Part shown: positions 62,297 through 64,000 of the stretch, piece by piece | Layout of the letters: each line of letters starts with the position of its first letter | How positions within the stretch are numbered: the stretch's first letter is position 1 | Origin: a virus | Lineage: Duplodnaviria > Caudoviricetes | Length of the DNA stretch: 64,000 nucleotides | Virus record (IMG/VR): IMGVR_UViG_3300050645_000186 | Span: 13,147 to 77,146 of that record | Direction: 5' to 3' (one strand) | Position numbers and translations under genes: made by a program | The notes under the pieces: model-generated | What the model was told of the DNA's origin: nothing | What the model saw: the letters and a program-made list of their open reading frames with translations, nothing else | Database searches by the model: none

Positions 62297-64000
62297 GTGG
62301 CGGATATCAACGGCGTAACCCTGAACGCGGGCAGCGGCCCAACGGTTTACTACACCATCACCTATTCCAAAAGCCGGCCGAACAACAGCCAGATGACCTA
62401 CAATTTTACCATTGCGGCGGCGCTGGGTTCTTCCGGTTCCTACATCCACAGCGGCTACGCGCTTTTATGCACCATTACCGTCAACGGCTCGTCCGGGCAG
62501 GTACGCATCAAGGCGGCGGACAATGACAACTGGGACGGCACCACGCCCCGCTACCTCTATGTGACGGTGACCTGCTCGTCCACCACCGGCAATGCCGCAC
62601 AGGGCGTGCGCTTTCGGGTGGTATCGGACGGGCGGATGTCGCTGAGCTCCGGCGTCATCGACAATTCCAGCTATACCGTAACCAGCTCCGCGCTTCTGAC
62701 CACCGCCTGCGGCGCGCCGTCCGCCTGTTCCGTTTCCCCGACGGTGGCGGAGGGAAATGCCGCGCTCTCATGGAGCGGCGCTTCCGCCGGGACGAACAAC
62801 GCCATTACCGGCTTTGAAATCCAGTACAGCGATTCTGCCAACAATGCCGACTGGGGAAGCTGGACGGCACTGACTACCGTTTCCTCATCCTCTGCATCAG
62901 GAAGTTTATCCGTTGCTCCTCCATCTACACGGGGCAGTTACCGCCGGTTCCGGATACGGACGCAGGGCGCGGCCGGCTCAAGCTACTATTCAGGCTGGAC
63001 GGTATCCTCCAATTCCGTGCGGAAAAACACGCCGCCCGAAAAAGCGTCCGTTTTAACGGCGTCCCCCTCGGTTTACAGCGAAGGGCCGATTACCCTGACA
63101 TGGAGCGGCGCGTCGGGCGGCACCAGTCCCATCAAGGGGTATATGCTGGCAAGCAAAACCTCGACGGACGGCTCAACATGGACATCGTGGAATGTGCTGG
63201 AAAATTTCGATCTCTCCGCGTCCTCCGGGACACGCACGGCGGCGGCTTCCACCACGCCCGGCACCTACACGAAATACGGCCTGTGGACCATTGATACGCT
63301 GGATGTGTATTCCGCCGAGCAGGTGTCCAACACCATCCTCTGCGTGGCGGCCGCCTGCGATGAACCGACAATCGCGGCACCGAAAAATGGCGCTTTCACC
63401 TACAACCTGAATCCCCGCGTGCTGCTGACCACCGGCGCGCAGCCGAACGAACAGGTAGTGCAGGTAAAAATCGGCGCTGAAAGCTGGCAGGATGGCGTGA
63501 ACAATCCGTCCCTGTTCTCCCCCAGCGGCGCGGTCGGCGGCAGTGCGGCGGTAATGTTCAAGGCTGAATCACAGACGGCGGGAGCAAAAACGCTCACGGT
63601 ACGGTGCGTCAATCCTGACTTTGAAGCGCCCAGCGCGGAAATTTCCCGCTCATTGACCGTGCTGGCGTCTCCGTTTGAGGAGATTTCGGCCAACGAGACC
63701 AAGGTGAAGGCTTCCCACATCACGGCGCTTCGCACCGCCATCAACATCGTGCGAAACTACTACGGCCTTGCGCCGGTTTCGTGGAGCGAGGAAATTACCT
63801 CAGGCAGAACAGAAGTGAAAAACTGGCCGCTGCACATTCTGGAAATCCGCTCAGCTGTGGAGCCGGTGATTGCGGTTATCAATCAGTACAGCACCGACTC
63901 GGGCTTTGCCGTTCCGGAGCCGGACTGGGAGGAGCTCGGCACGGGCAGACCGAGGGCGGCGGCGATGAATCAGCTTTCCGAACTGATTCTGTCGCTGTAA
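62297..64000 (+). CDS. Putative adhesin / receptor-binding protein
   Basis: Different N-terminal beta-rich domain; FN3-like repeats and C-terminus homologous to 18647..20449; TAA at 63998-64000. Confidence 0.72.
   Translation: MADINGVTLNAGSGPTVYYTITYSKSRPNNSQMTYNFTIAAALGSSGSYIHSGYALLCTITVNGSSGQVRIKAADNDNWDGTTPRYLYVTVTCSSTTGNAAQGVRFRVVSDGRMSLSSGVIDNSSYTVTSSALLTTACGAPSACSVSPTVAEGNAALSWSGASAGTNNAITGFEIQYSDSANNADWGSWTALTTVSSSSASGSLSVAPPSTRGSYRRFRIRTQGAAGSSYYSGWTVSSNSVRKNTPPEKASVLTASPSVYSEGPITLTWSGASGGTSPIKGYMLASKTSTDGSTWTSWNVLENFDLSASSGTRTAAASTTPGTYTKYGLWTIDTLDVYSAEQVSNTILCVAAACDEPTIAAPKNGAFTYNLNPRVLLTTGAQPNEQVVQVKIGAESWQDGVNNPSLFSPSGAVGGSAAVMFKAESQTAGAKTLTVRCVNPDFEAPSAEISRSLTVLASPFEEISANETKVKASHITALRTAINIVRNYYGLAPVSWSEEITSGRTEVKNWPLHILEIRSAVEPVIAVINQYSTDSGFAVPEPDWEELGTGRPRAAAMNQLSELILSL

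Larger units (their letters stand above)
23889..64000 (+). mobile_element. Prophage 2 with left-end defence cargo; right end lies beyond the window
   Basis: Starts at the break in the recombinase gene; cargo, regulation, replication, packaging, head and tail modules in canonical order. The left boundary is inferred from the break point. Confidence 0.85.

Noticed and set aside
1-64000. Tandem duplication or assembly artefact of one prophage
   Set aside because: Homologous genes differ at many synonymous and non-synonymous sites, with different cassettes, tape measure cores and adhesin heads
1-64000. CRISPR array, tRNA or rRNA genes
   Set aside because: No regularly spaced direct repeats, cloverleaf with T-loop consensus or rRNA-like sequence recognised

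Overview
The window holds two related but clearly diverged temperate siphovirus prophages of Clostridia-type Firmicutes, both on the + strand. Prophage 1 (from upstream of position 1 to about 23888) contributes packaging, head, tail, lysis and a terminal serine-recombinase module. Its second recombinase gene is cut at the conserved VY(T/A)DEG motif. Prophage 2 (about 23889 to beyond 64000) begins at that break, so it appears to have integrated into prophage 1's recombinase gene. At its left end prophage 2 carries an AT-rich, minus-strand, tightly coupled 8-gene operon (24164-31381): Xre-type controller, two SPPY beta-class DNA methyltransferases, an uncharacterised 177-aa protein, a PLD-nuclease/SF2-helicase fusion, a 63-aa protein, a Rad50/DndD-like ABC ATPase and a 117-aa protein. 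The last four match the domain order of the PbeABCD effector of phosphorothioate defence, but no phosphorothioation genes (dndA/B/C) are in the window. The best candidate for an uncharacterised system is therefore a methylation-coupled Pbe-like defence system carried by a prophage. After it come an HTH/ImmA-IrrE pair with twin palindromic operators, a structured leader, a sigma-like gene, replication genes (SNF2 helicase, PolA, primase-helicase), packaging, accessory cassettes, head and tail. Family assignments come from motif recognition and synteny only; no database searches were run. Start codons were adjusted from the ORF track using ribosome-binding sites.
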